DNA from: Saccostrea echinata
Lineage: Eukaryota
Assembly: GCF_033153115.1 (NCBI RefSeq)
Contig: NW_026889756.1
Coordinates: forward strand, 992,001-1,056,000
Direction of reading: 5' to 3'
DNA length: 64,000 bases
Shown: positions 1 to 13,395 of the stretch, one piece after another
Numbering within the stretch: the first letter of the stretch is position 1
Layout: each line of letters opens with the position of its first letter
Position numbers and translations under genes: made by a program
Notes under the pieces: model-generated
Database searches by the model: none
What the model was told of the DNA's origin: nothing
What the model saw: only the letters and a program-made list of their open reading frames with translations

Positions 1-798
1 AGTATATGCTGCACTTGTGGCACTGGGTTACCGTGCGTTTTTTCATTTGACTTTCGGCATTAATTTCATGTGCTGTTTGTTTTGTCACAAGGATGGAATT
101 ATTTTCTCCGCCTAAATGAGAAAAAATATTTTTTATACTAATAGTATACATTAATATCAAAGTACATACTGCTGCATTGCAAATTATAAAACTCAATTGC
201 AAAAGATATAAATGGCAGAATTAAAAAGGGGGAGGGGTGCTAAAAGGTAAACCTTCATTTAGTTAATACCATTTGGATATGCTTTCAAAAAGACGAGGAG
301 ATTCGAAAAAAGATCGCCACTGTGATCGACCCCTTTCCCTACTATTACAATTTTTACTTGTAGTTTTTAATACACTTTTTTCCTCGTAAATATGTCATTT
401 TTTAGGTTTGTACCCCCCCCCCCCACTTTCCCTTTAAAAATCTAAGATTTTCTTGACCCATCTTGGGCCTTTATGATGGCTAATAAGGTGCGCACTAAAT
501 ATTCCTATAAATTTAAGTTTTTAAATAAGCATTTGCAGTAAAACGTATACACAGTAACAAAACTCACTTGATTCCGTTGTGCATCTATGCATTTTAACAT
601 CATCTAAGCTGGAAAAGTACAAATTGCAGTCTTCACATTGATAAAGCACGTTTTTCTCCGCCATTTTTGTTACGTAATAATTCCCGCTGCACCACCTCTT
701 TAGAAAGGACAGAGAGAATCCGTCCGGAATCGGATTCCAAATCGTTCCATTGCAATTCTACGCGTTCTGGACTTTCGGAAGCGTGAAAGGAACGCACC

Positions 799-884
799 CC
801 GTATAAACCGAGGTCCCGTGTCGCAGTAGGTGTTAGCACGAAAAAGATCCCTCACTGCTTAATGGCCCTAATTGCCGAGTATAG
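799..884 (+). mobile_element. Partial tRNA-derived SINE (central Meta-like domain only)
   Basis: ccgtataaaccgaggtcccgtgtcgcagtaggtgttagcacgaaaaagatccctcactgcttaatggcc is nearly identical to 3912-3980 and similar to 42114-42180. Confidence 0.8.
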
Positions 885-1939
885 CAATAAACAAATAATG
901 CCCCCTCCCATTATAATACCAAAAATGTAGAGGGACAAATTGAATGCATTATCTAACGAGAATCAGTGAAAAATCGTAGGAAAACTTGAATACTATTATT
1001 GAAATTTTTTTAACTATAGAGTTAAACAATTAATAATGAGGAAGAGGGGACTTTTAAACCAAAAAAAAGGTATTGTATTCATTTATGTCCGGCCTGTTGT
1101 ACCGTCCGAGGAGGAGGAGGGTGGCTCTTAAAGTGACTTAGTAGTTTTAAGTGTAAAACACATCTTTGAAGGTCAGTATATCCGAACTAGGGTGTTTTAT
1201 GCCCAATTTATGACAATTTACTCTAAAAGATAGATAAATAATGATTAATTGTGCCTTTACCCCCTGAACAATATTGTACCTTTACCTTTGTTCCTGCTAG
1301 TCAAGGAATTTTTTGTGGGGTTGGATGCACCCCCCCCCCATATTTCTTCCTACTACCTTTATATATATTTCTAAAGCCCTTAATCCATTTTGACAAAGTT
1401 ATTAGGTCTTCCTTTTCCATATTTAGCCTAACGTTTGGCACAATCGGCAGAATTCAAAATGAAAATGAAGTTCTGTTAATTGAAAGATCGGGGCTCCATG
1501 TATTTAGGACTTTTTACAGAGATTGCTTAAGGACTTCATTTTCAACTTTATTAACATCACCAGTAATGACTTGTCCAGCGGGGCTGAAGTTGAAAGAAGA
1601 AGAAGAGCAAGAACACCTAAGACGATTTTGTTTTACATGTTCAATATATAGGCACTACAGGGTTTGTTTATAATTGAAAAGTTTGGACGCAACAGTTTAA
1701 AAATATCTGTAGGAAATGAAGAGTGCAGAAAACCAGTACACTCCTTGTCTATGACCAATTTTTATGTGTCTCTTAAAATATACTTTAATTATAACAGACA
1801 TGTTAAACGATATGCAAATTAAAGAGAAAAGTAGTATGTATGGGTAAAATTCCAATGTAATAATGAAAGAAAGGAAAAGAAAAAGATTTTTTTTCCTGTA
1901 GAATATTTATTGGTATTACATGTACTAGTAATTCAAATA

Positions 1940-2146
1940 CTGCACATCACTTTTTATTTGCAAGAACTTAATTTTCGCGTGATAGCAAGAGTCTGTTTAC
2001 GTGCGAAAATTTTATTCTCGCGTATATTTGTATTGTTAAGGATTATAAACAAAAAGCATAGCTCGCAAATTTTTTTTTTCTCGCATTTAGATACTAAATA
2101 GCTATCTCGTAAAAATAAAGTGTTCCGAAAATATAGTGATGTACAG
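1940..2146. mobile_element. Tc1/mariner-type MITE
   Basis: TIRs CTGCACATCACT / AGTGATGTACAG (11/12 match), flanked by TA on both sides (1938-1939, 2147-2148); no credible ORF. Confidence 0.75.
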
Positions 2147-2474
2147 TACACTTCAATAGACATGGAAAAATCTTTGTTATAAGTTCAAGCTCTATTTATT
2201 ATTTTGCATAGAATAGTTCGAAAGGTGCAAATTCTTTTCTACATCACTACTTCAACATCGAATTAGCAGATATTATTCATTTTCTTGAAACCTAAAAAAT
2301 CAGTCATAGAACAAAGACGATGAAAAATGGGAAAAAAGCTTATGTCAAAGCGAACACATTTTACTTTGAAGCTTTTATTTTGAAGTTTCTTTTAAATATA
2401 TTTACTTTTTCTGTACAAGCTTTGATATGTTAGCCGTATGACAAGTTTAAATTAATGTCTGGATTGACTGCAGG

Positions 2475-3188
2475 AAGAACTGCGAACGATAGCATTGTTC
2501 TCCCGCCTACCTCCAAGTCAATTTTCAAAAGTTACCATATTTGAATGATTTTTCATATTTATATAGATATTTATATGAATTTTCATAAAACGTTACTTCT
2601 TTGGGAAAACAAAGAGAGATAACTCTATAATTTGGGTGGAACTTGTGTTTTTCACTATAGAAATCAATGGAAAACGGAAAATATTTTTAAAACACCCCCC
2701 CCCCCCCCGTGAAACAAGAATACCTTTTTACAGGTAATATGGACTGTCATTTCACAAATTCATACCGGAGCTTTTTGTGTTTCACGGGGGGGGGGGGGGG
2801 GGGACCTATGTTTACAGACAAAAAAACTACAAAAATGCTTATTTTTTCACTAATTTCAAAGCGTTTTAAAACTAAAATATTGTATTTTACTAATAATATA
2901 TGTTTAATTTTATATGCATAAAACATAAGAAAAGATTTAAGGAACATTTATTCATATCCAAGAATATTTTAAGCCCGATTTCAATGGAAAATATCGTCTA
3001 CCCCCCTTATTTTCAGAACTGTAGTTAGGGGTAATTAGCTATTTATCACTGGCATTAAAATTATTAGTCAACTTCCATTGAACTGTTCTTTGCATTCAAC
3101 AAAGATTTTACGGTCAAATTGCCATTAGTATCGAATTAAATGAGTGTAAAATGTAGGCGGGAATCGAGAGTTAGCATGCGTAGTTCTT
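2475..3188. mobile_element. Decayed non-autonomous DNA transposon (superfamily unresolved)
   Basis: Imperfect TIRs of about 36 bp: aagaactgcg...tcccgcctac versus gtaggcggga...cgtagttctt. There is also an internal inverted pair, ccccgtgaaaca / tgtttcacgggg. TSD not resolved. Confidence 0.55.
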
Positions 3189-3814
3189 TAGCTGAGTAAC
3201 ACAGTCAGTGAAAGGATGACGCGTGTTATGTTAATTTGATTACGGCTTCTAATTGGTTTAGGAACTGGATGACCGCTTTTGCTAGATTTTTGCTCGGTGA
3301 GGGTATTTATAAATTATACGAATGACATTTTATGTTTCTTTGTTTTTATACTGTAGAACATAATAATTGTATATTTAAAACAAAACAACATGTACAAGTT
3401 AATAAGTAAACAACTTGATTCAATTGTTAGCATTTTTTTTTTTAAAGAAAAGCTTTATCGACAAATGCGACGTTAGTGACTCATATGGATGGACTTTGTA
3501 TTGATAAATTTAACCTTATTGAAAGAAGGGTATACTTAAAAACTCCTTTTTATAAAAAAAATTCTTAGGTTACGTATATTCAACAACAGATAACAAGTAC
3601 AGAACAAACCACAAATACAGTAACATTGTCAATGAAAGCAGCGACGACAGATGTTGTATTAACAACATCTTAGATCATGATGACAACAAAATACGGTGAT
3701 AAATACATTTTACTTCCAACAGCAAAAACAACAGCAGCATTAAACACCAAAAACTTAGTGAGAACACGTGAAGCAATTTACAATAATAAAACAACTACCC
3801 CAAACATGAGTCTT

Positions 3815-4090
3815 TAGAGCGTCTACGCTAGAGTCTCGGGTCAAGGAGCTGATCCTTACGTCGCGGGTTTGAATCCACTGCGGGACGTGGAGACCGGTCT
3901 TTCAGATGAGACCGTATAATCCGAGGTCCCGTGTCGCAGTAGGTGTTGGCATGAAAAAGATCCCTCACTACTTAATGGCCTTGAGTGCCGAGTATAGGTA
4001 TAAATTTGCAGCCCTCCACCGGCAAGTGGTGGCGTCTCCATGCGGGTGAAAAATTCTCGAGAGGGATGTTGAACAACAAACAATCCAAAA
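3815..4090 (+). mobile_element. tRNA-derived SINE, Meta-domain type
   Basis: B-box-like gggtttgaatcc at about 3865, then ggtctttcagatgagaccgtataatccgaggtcccgtg (Meta-like domain), a 3' part shared with the 41949 copy, and an A/C-rich tail. Confidence 0.8.
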
Positions 4091-7000
4091 ACTTCAAACA
4101 CAACATTTGCGAAAATCATCAACTAAAACTCAACCGATCTCAACCAAAACTTAACAACTAACGCGAAGCACACTCACAACAAACTGACAACAAAGCAAAT
4201 ACAACAAAAATAAAGACAGCAATATAAAAGATACCACAGTATTTGACCCTGAAAGAGATTCTCTTTCTCTCTTCATATTTACGGAAATAAATTCTGAACA
4301 TGAGAAATAAAGTATCCATGCAAAGGACCTAATTTTTATTCTGTGATTATGCATTGGGGGGGGGGGGTTCAAGATAAAACAAATTAAAAAATAACATTGC
4401 ATCAAATACAAGTTTCCTGGAGTTCTTTTTAAAAATAAGCTTTTTAATTTATGATTATATGATTTACAAGACAACTTGCAGCTCAGCGTCATATCTAATT
4501 TGATTACCTTTCTTTCATTGAATTTCAACTGTATATTTTGAATATTTATGACTTGAGTGCTGTCCTTTTTAACATCAGCATATGAAAATTGACAATAAAG
4601 TACGCTTTTCTGACAAATCTTGCAGTCGAAGGAAATGATATATTGAGAATATGGAGTTTTGTGGTTCCCCGTAGAATGTCTATCGATGACTGAAGGGGGC
4701 TAGAATATTTATCCCATTTCCAATTTACCCTTTTTTTTTTTTTTACATCTACCTCTCATTTTCCTTACAGTTTTAATCGTTGTTAAATTTTGTAAATTTA
4801 TGATCATACTGCTAGCAAAAGTAATAAAAAAGGGAACATATACATGTTGCTACAACACACATGAAACTCAGACAAATCAACGCAGACTTGTTTTTTTTCA
4901 ACACTTTCTAAAAATATATCATTTACATATTTTGGTTAAAAATTTAGTATGATCCCTTTCAAGTTAAATTAGCACTGATGACAAAGCAGGATTTCTTACA
5001 AACATTTAACGGATTTATTAATGAAACTTTTCTTAGAATTTATTATTAGGCTATGACAAGGTTAATACTCCTGTCAGTTACTAAGGAAAAGTCTTTAAAA
5101 CAAATGAGATTTCTTTAGAACATGGAAAGACAAAGATTCTTTATGAATATTCAAGGTCTACTTTACATCAAAAACTTCAATGGAACACGTAAGCTTAGGA
5201 TTATCCGATTTATAGGGACATTTCAAAGTTACTTTTTAGCAACTTCTGTTTCTCTTGTATTTAACAATTTGCAAAATTTACAAACAATGGACAAGAATGG
5301 TTCCCTGATACCCCAGTGAAAAGAAGATATCTTATAAAGTCAAAGTTCAACTAGCTACCTACTCTTAAGGACAGATGATACAAACAAACTTTTATCAAAA
5401 ATCTTGAAAATAACAACCTAAGTCATGTTTATATAACGAAAAATAATAAGTTTAACCCCACAGATTTTTATTTTTCATTTAAATTTTCACAATAATTGGA
5501 TTTAAAGTGCAAAATAGTTGTAAAGATTAAAAAGGATGTTTACAGAAATTTGGAATTTCGCACAGTTTATTATTTCTTCTTATTTTAGAAATTTATTGTT
5601 CTTATCATTTACAATCAAAATGGGTAAAAAATATATTTATAATATATACCAATCCAGGCATCCATTTTTGGTTTGTATCACCTGTCATTAACTTTGAATG
5701 ATTTGAGCCCCCTTATATTAAATTTGGTATAGTGGTACTTCGTAGAACGTTGATGGTGCTTAGAATGTTAAAAAATGAGAACGCAATGTCAATGGTTATC
5801 AGTCAAACTTCATGGATAAGGAAAGATTTTTCTCTCAATTTCTAATTTCTTTACTTTGTCTGACACTGTACATGTATCTGCTCCTGCCTGGTAGATAAGC
5901 TATATTTTTCATTTTATTGCAAACCTACAATTAAAAAATAAGTATTGCCGAACATATGGCAGTAACAGTTATGAGTACTTGTCTTGAATGCATTTCTAAG
6001 CTATCAAGATGTGGCTGTGAAACGCTGATGTCCCATTGTAGCAGTTCAAATCCAGATTCAAAGTTTTTTTTTAATATACGTATACTCCAAAGTCAATAGT
6101 TTCTGAATAATCAGCTCTAGGATTATTATATTTCATTTGTGCAATTTATTGTGACAAAATCTTTTTTGGGGTATCAAAACTCTTAACATTGACCTTTAAA
6201 CTTTTTACCTACATTTGAAACCCTTTCAGCTTGTCTTGCGCCGCCATACTGGAAATCGGTATTTCACAAACACATATTGGTTTTTTCTTGATCAATGTTC
6301 ACATATTTAGAAACACAGATGAAAAATAGTTTCTACTAGATGGATGCCGTCATAGTGTGCTAATGATAAAGTGATGAAGAAGTTTACCTCTTTAGAAGTT
6401 AATAAAAATTGGCATAAAAAACAAGTTTAAAATATGCATACTTTGGCATTTGAAACATAGAAATTTTCAAAGGAAATACTCTTTGGGGGGGGGGGGAGGG
6501 GGAATATTTTACTCAAAGTACCATGGAAACCGTAGTCTCACTGGTCGTTAGAAGATACACTTAGGATATCAATACGACTCTTCTATTCATTACCAGTCGT
6601 GTACAGGGAATCGTACACTTCTATCCATCATTGTTAATCAAGATTATTTTTCAATTATTTAAAGTTGTTAGATTATTGCATATTTTACATATAAATCAAT
6701 AATAATTCTTTGATAATATGACAAAAATTGTTTGCCATTTTTGTAGAAAGAAGCATCGACAAAGATTATCATCTAAAAGTCAGGGAAGATTGTATGAAGG
6801 TTCAAATGACTATTCCATCACAATATCAACAATCAAACGTGACATAATACTGACATCACATTTCCGTGAGATTAATTCGATTCGTGTTTATATGTCGATA
6901 GGGAGTGAGTTAATCGTGATGTTTTTTTCTCTCAGATTGGAATTTTAACCACCCATAACTGAAAAAAACATCTGTTCATATATTAAATAATTACACTTGA

Positions 7001-7430
7001 CACCTGTGCTTTTTTCGTGGATGTAATAAGCATGATTTTCCATAACACAAGCCTTACTATTCTGATAATATATATGTAGAAGAAAAAAAAAACAATTAAA
7101 TATGTGACCTCATTTAATCTCAATTTTACCTCATTTTATCGCACATGATAAAGTGAGCAAGAAAGTAAAATCGATTTTGCTTTTCATTGTTTTTTCATAT
7201 TTATTGGAGTTGTCGCTTTCACATAAATTATTCACACATGTAAAGCTATCTCTCAAATCGTTTATTTTTATAGAAGCAACAAATCACAAATGTGCTGGGA
7301 AGTTAAATAGCTTCTGGCTAGTCCCTTAGAATCATTATGTTCAAAATGTAGTATACGAATTCAGATGACAGCAAAAGCTTTTTCTAAGTACAACAGAGAT
7401 TATTTTTAAATAAAGTCAATACATTTCATT

Positions 7431-7727
7431 CATGAGCGGATCAAGAATTTTTTTTTTTTACCAGATTGATCCATATCTACTGTCTGTCTGTATGGATGTC
7501 AGATTTTGGAACAGGCCACAAAATGCCCGAAACTGCAAATCTTACTTTGTTTGGGGACAGGGAGTGGGGGTGTCAGGAGGGGTGTCGGCTACCCTTTGTT
7601 AAGTATTTTTTTTTCTGATAGATGACTCTCTCTACAGACTGTTCCTAAAGGGTCTGCTGTTTCAAAGGTGGGAGCTAAGATCCAAGGTCTTTTTTGTTGA
7701 ATGAATTCCCCTCTAGATCCGCCAATG
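7431..7727. mobile_element. hAT-like MITE with 5-bp TSD
   Basis: TIRs CATGAGCGGATCAAGA / TCTAGATCCGCCAATG; direct repeat TCATT at 7426-7430 and 7728-7732. Confidence 0.6.
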
Positions 7728-7984
7728 TCATTTGGAGTAAGTATAAATTTAAGATAAGATGTTGCTCAGAAAACCCACACCTTGGTGCATGGTTAAATAA
7801 ATTAATAATGCCGAAAATCACGAGTCATATAATGTGCAATAAACATTTAGTTCAGGCAAGCGCAGAATACGGAGTCCTCGAAACAAAGACAACATTTTTA
7901 CACATCACATTGTAAAATTTTTATACTTGTTTATTGTTAAATATTGTTAGACTGTACCACATTAGAAAATATTCGTTTGTTGTA

Positions 7985-8340
7985 TGGCCCGAGTACGAAC
8001 ATTTTTTTAACCGAGGCAGGCCACTAACAGATAAGTTGATTTTACATGGATTTCAACTACCTCGTTTAAAGTCGGCATTTCGTAAATTTTATGGTCGATA
8101 TAATGCCCCTGTTAGCAAATATCACCTACCACTGTGTCCTATATTAGCTGACTTCTTTCATACCAATCGTTAGACCTTTGTTTTTATACTGATTTTTAGT
8201 ACAGAATGTTCGGTCTATCTGATCAATATACAGGGCACACGGCGGTTGTGACCGGACAAAGGGACATGCTCACTCCTCCAAGGCACCTAATCCCATCCCT
8301 GGAATTCCAGGGGTCCGTATTTTATGTCCTCTTTACAGCT
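7985..8340 (+). mobile_element. 3' fragment of a Penelope-like retroelement (end of RT thumb plus 3' UTR motif)
   Basis: Translation ...FNRGRPLTDKLILHGFQLPRLKSAFRKFYGRY... resembles the C-terminal thumb of mollusc Penelope-like RTs. The stop at 8173 is followed by a motif of about 100 nt that recurs five more times in the window. Confidence 0.7.
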
Positions 8341-11188
8341 GTGTATGTTAATAGATTTTTTTTTTAGGTTGGATAATGTTCACTTTTTCATGAAACAATT
8401 ATAATACATTATTTTGACAATTTTTAATTTTTTTTTTTTTTTTTTTGGCAATAACTTTTCTGTCATATAGAGGAAGTATAATTCTTGATTAGTCATAGCA
8501 TACCATGGACATGTTTGTATATGATAATGCTTACAGAGTATTCAGACTACAATAAATGCTTTAAAAATTCATATAACAAAACAATCGGGTTTATCAATAA
8601 ATAAATTTTAATCATGCAAAATCTTACAACAACTCATACTCGTTTTAACAAGAAATATATGGTTATAATTGATCGATTTGCTGCAGAAATGTTAAAATTG
8701 TATTCAAAGTGGTATTTCCCAAGCACTCCACTCCACAGAGCAAAAGTCTTCCAGTAAAAGCATAAAAGTGACCGAATACTACTTCTGAAGCTAAAGTTAT
8801 GTTGATTCTGAAAATTGCTTTAGACATCATGACTAAAAGGAAGGTTCGCCTAGTTTCAGTTGATAATTCAAACGGTGCCATGTTGACAATTGAATTCATT
8901 CTATGTACACGTAAGTTTATTTGCCCGCCTCCTCTGCATTGTATGTACGTATCACGATTTACGAGTCTAAATAAGTGACTTTTTTTTTTGGAGAGTTTAT
9001 TTCTACTGAACAGAAACATATATTGAACTACTATAATCTTTAAATATATTCAACAATAAGTACAAAACACATTCACTTTTTTTCTCTTTTCCTAAAAATA
9101 CCTATTTCGTAAATTCAAGGTTTTTAGACAGAGTAATAATATCAGATTATGCAATATAAATTATAAATACTCCTGGCCTCCATTGTTTAGGAAGGGAAAA
9201 CATTGACATTGTTTTTTCGCGTGCAACAAATATGTAAATGTTTAATAAATAAATGTTTCTTTTAAAAAAAATCGATCATTAAAATCTAGCTTAATTTTTT
9301 AAGTTATGACCAAAACAAGAAATCGGGAAAAATTGTAAAACCAACTTATACCTGAGAACTCTCATAAAAACTGTACCAATATAATAATCTCATATATTTT
9401 CTAAAATTCGATCGAATGATGGGTCATCTATTATGTTATTTCGTTGAAAACAGATACAGCTCTCTGATATGAAGGTTAGGATGTTGATTTTCGGGGATGT
9501 AGATAATGAAATTGTCCTGTTCTCGACTGAGAATGTATGGCACTTGATTTTTCTCTCTGAAAATATGAATATGTATTGGATGAAATAAAAATCAATAGCC
9601 TTTAATTATTAAAGATTAAACTTTGATGACTGTCTTTCATTTTTTTAATCAAAAACATCATCATACATTTTGCCTTTAAATTTTATCATTACAAGCATTA
9701 TTTTTTCTTCACATTATAAGCATAAGATGTTATATAGGAATGAGCTTTTTATCAGAAACAGCATTGGCTTTTTTAATCGATCTTTTTTTCAGAGAAAATG
9801 AAAATAGCACTTTAGTTATTTTAATATAAGTATAATGAATATGATTAACAGGGCCGATTTTTATTTTTCACTAAAGATTTCAAAATGTCCTATAAAGTCT
9901 AAAGTTTAGTAAAGTTTATAATTTCTTAACATTAATATTTTTGTCATCATTTACAATCAAAACAAGTTTCCAAAAAAAATATATCAATCCATTTTATGTT
10001 TGTTTATATCATCTGTCCTTATGGTCAAGATCTAGTAAATGAAAGGTGCCTACAGATTTCTCAAATCTGAGAAACGAATTCTTTTAATAATCATTTACAA
10101 ATACATTTCGGTAAAAAAAAAAGGGGGGGGGGGGTTAAACAAGGTGTATTGAGGAAGATCAAAACGAAAACACGTATCTTTAAACTGCCAGTTTAATGGA
10201 AAATAAAGAAATTCTGGTACAAGTATGGGATTTTTTTATTTCTCGGACAATGAAAATGCATCTATATTGGCCACAGTATCTCAGAAACGGTTTTTCATTT
10301 CTTTCTGACCTCTTCTTTAATATAACGATAAAGAAGTAGGTACGGTTTTGACTTTATTGTGCCCTAAAAAATTAACGCTTTCAAAATGTTTCGAAACTGG
10401 CTTAAATATTAGTTGAGTATATGACTGTGATAAATCAGGAAAGAAAATGGCATGAATGATGACCATTCTGGAAACATGATGTCATTAATTTGAGGAATTT
10501 CTCTGTTTTAAACAGAAATGCCTCAAAATGACCCATTTCATGGTTATTTTTTATTTTCATGGATCTAGCACCAAAAAGTCTAAAAACATTTATTAGATAT
10601 TGACCTTAAGCGTTTCTATAAAATTAAATTTCATTTTTCGGCGGAAAGATAGAAATCTTTCATAAGGTTATATAGGCAATTAGTGGTAAAAAATATTCCT
10701 CTTAAGTGCATTATATGTTTCATTAATCACATGAACATTAAGGTGAATATTCTTCTGTTATAAAGATTCAAGTATATTCATATCTTTGTCTACAGGTCGG
10801 GGCTTTGGAACTAGAATTCCACATTTCAAGCAGTATTGTGATTTATAAATCATCGTTTTGCAAAAGTTTCATCGTAAAAATAACCACATATCAGGCTCTA
10901 ACCTTTTTTTTAGTTCAGATTTATCTTCTATGCTTTGGTAAAAGTTCAAATTTTATATTTCATCTGAATATGTTGATGTCTCTATATGAGTAAAACTACT
11001 CTCTGGTGCCTTTATCTCTTTTAAATCAATCAATGCTTATGTATTTTGCTTGAAGCCTACCAATATCAAAACCCAATATTCTTACCAATGCCCATGGTTT
11101 CATATCCCATAAACAGAGAACATTGCTAATGATTATTCAGACTGTTTTCATTTGGTTTCTACGGAAATGTGGTGCTATTTTTCAGTAA

Positions 11189-11221
11189 TTATATTGAAAG
11201 CTTCCTCCTGGCAGAAGAGAC
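11189..11221 (-). CDS. Gene A, possible alternative terminal exon (VSSARRKLSI*) via a GC-AG intron
   Basis: Putative donor AAG|GCGAGC at 11430/11429 and acceptor aatcag|GTC at 11222/11221 are both phase 0; the pyrimidine tract is weak. Confidence 0.3.
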   Translation of the reverse strand, partial: VSSARRKLSI

Positions 11222-11417
11222 CTGATTAATTACAACGATAAATCAAAGGCAGCCATATAGAGGTTTAAATTAGAGTAGAAAGACTACAATAAATTGTGTC
11301 TTTCGGCAAGTATATGCACAATCAAAATGCATTGATTTATTTCTTTTTTTTCCATTCAGCCTGATGGACGTTAAGATAACATTTATATTCAGCAAAGGGA
11401 CTTGATATTAATACAAA

Positions 11418-12737
11418 TCAGGTGCTCGCCTTTTTATGTTGACTTGTGCTCTTTTCTTTCCTAGACAATTCTTGCTCCTTAGGAATGCGATCTCCTAGAT
11501 CCTCTTTTCCCTGGTCTTTCCCGACTGAGGAATTTCTTGTATGAGTCCTGATGACATCACTTTCATAATCGTCACTATTATAACTCGGTTCGTTGATTGC
11601 ACTATCTGTACTCTGACTTTTGACCCCGGTATCGTTCCTACTTCGCTTCGAATCTTCATTCATTCTTGACATTAGAGTCTCTAATTCATTTTCTACAGGC
11701 GAAGCATAGTGGATGCCTTGGTCCTGTTCCCCTTTGTCTGATATTTTCTCCTTCTTACAATGATGATTATGTTTCTTCTTTCTAAAGCTGTGAGAAGTCA
11801 GATACGGATTCAGACACTCATTGTCTTTATTTCGCGTCTTCTTTTTCTCTTTGTTCTTGTGTTGGGAACGTGGTGTACTCGTGTGATCTGTCCCATTCCT
11901 TTTATTAAAAGCTATGTAAGACTGCTGTTGAAATGTTATTTTTTGTTCGTTGTGTATTGAGCTCCTACTCGTTGATTGAGAAAGGGATCTCTTTTTACTT
12001 TGCACAGGGTGAGGGGAAAAAGAATCTTGATCAATGCCAGGTAATGGCATAGCAAAGCTAAGCAAGCTAAACTTACGTAGATGACTAAATTCATTTAGGT
12101 AAGCAATTTCTAGTAGTTTTTCTCTCCACTGCAGATATTCTGTTATCTCTTTAGCCGTTCTAGGCAGAGTGTGTATATTAATCTTATTTTTTGAAAGCTT
12201 ATGATGAATAGGTTTTAAGTAAAACGACAAATATTTCTGTTCAGCTGGTTTTGTATGGAACTTGTGACCAACAGGCCATCGAGTGTCTATCCTCGAAACG
12301 ATCCCTTTCTTTTGTGGTTTATGCTCCAATTCTTCATCTTTTTTCTCGATAACAACCACAGGAAGTTCTGGTTTTACCTCGGTTGTAAACGTATCTTCTT
12401 TTGTCAACTCTTCGTCCTTTGAAGTCTCTTCAACTTCGGTCTTGTTTTCGCTCTCTTTGATTGGAGAAGGTGGAGTTTGGGAATGTGGAGGCGGTGGAGA
12501 TTGGGACTCTGGCACTGGATCCGGGTCCTCTTTTAGCAATTGTTCGGTCTCAGAATCAGCCGAGTCCAATTCAATATCCTTGTAGAATTCGTTTTTTGAG
12601 ATGCCTCTCAGAATTCGTATCGTCTCTAGAAAATCCATCTGTTTTTCATTTTCCTCTTCAATACGTTGTCGGAGTTTAGAACACATATCGTTCCATGGCA
12701 AAACTTTCATTGCTGATTTTTTCCACTTGGTGGAAGC
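11418..12737 (-). CDS. Gene A exon 3: uncharacterised charged/disordered protein
   Basis: 430-aa ORF in AT-rich DNA; phase-0 acceptor ttttatag|GCT at 12737 (ASTKWKKSAMKVLPW...); contains SRIDTRWPVGHKFH. Confidence 0.85.
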   Translation of the reverse strand, partial: ASTKWKKSAMKVLPWNDMCSKLRQRIEEENEKQMDFLETIRILRGISKNEFYKDIELDSADSETEQLLKEDPDPVPESQSPPPPHSQTPPSPIKESENKTEVEETSKDEELTKEDTFTTEVKPELPVVVIEKKDEELEHKPQKKGIVSRIDTRWPVGHKFHTKPAEQKYLSFYLKPIHHKLSKNKINIHTLPRTAKEITEYLQWREKLLEIAYLNEFSHLRKFSLLSFAMPLPGIDQDSFSPHPVQSKKRSLSQSTSRSSIHNEQKITFQQQSYIAFNKRNGTDHTSTPRSQHKNKEKKKTRNKDNECLNPYLTSHSFRKKKHNHHCKKEKISDKGEQDQGIHYASPVENELETLMSRMNEDSKRSRNDTGVKSQSTDSAINEPSYNSDDYESDVIRTHTRNSSVGKDQGKEDLGDRIPKEQELSRKEKSTSQHKKAST

Positions 12738-12941
12738 CTATAAAATATATATAAATTTTTGAACATGTCCTCTATGAGATCACTTATGAGGTATATGCAC
12801 GCATACGTTAGTTCATTTCTATAATTTCCATTTACTGATACTGACAGAAATGATGATTATGACTCAATAAATGAAGTTTATTTACATGCTAGAACCATTA
12901 ATCTATATCAACATATTAACAATTTCTTTCTTTTTTTCGAT

Positions 12942-13271
12942 GTTAAGATTATAGTAATATGGGATGAAATATGGGTTAAGATAATAGTAATATGGGATAA
13001 AATATCAGTTAAGATAATAGTAATATGGGACAAAATATCAGTTAAGATTATAGTAATATGGGATGAAATATGGGTTAAGATAATAGTAATATGGGATAAA
13101 ATATCAGTTAAGATAATAGTAATATGGGATAAAATATCAATTAAGATTATAGTAATATGGGATAAAATATCAGTTAAGATTATAGTAATATGGGATGAAA
13201 TATCAGTTAAGATTATAGTAATATGGGATGAAATATGAGTTAAGATTGTAGTAATACGGGAGGAAATTTGG
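12942..13271. repeat. 33-bp minisatellite, about 10 copies
   Basis: Unit gttaagatWatagtaatatgggatRaaatatca repeats every 33 nt from 12942 to 13239. Confidence 0.95.
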
Positions 13272-13395
13272 GGATAACGAACAGTGATCATTCTGAAAAG
13301 TCCATTTAAACAACAAAAATTATGAGCAGAGCCAACATGGACCTCTGACACAGAGATGGGATTAGGAGCCATGGAGGAGTAAGCATACCCTGCCA
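13272..13395 (-). mobile_element. Penelope-like 3' UTR relic
   Basis: Reverse complement cagggtatgcttactcctccatggctcctaatcccatctctgtgtcagaggtccatg matches the 8230-8330 and 16850-16950 motif. Confidence 0.65.
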
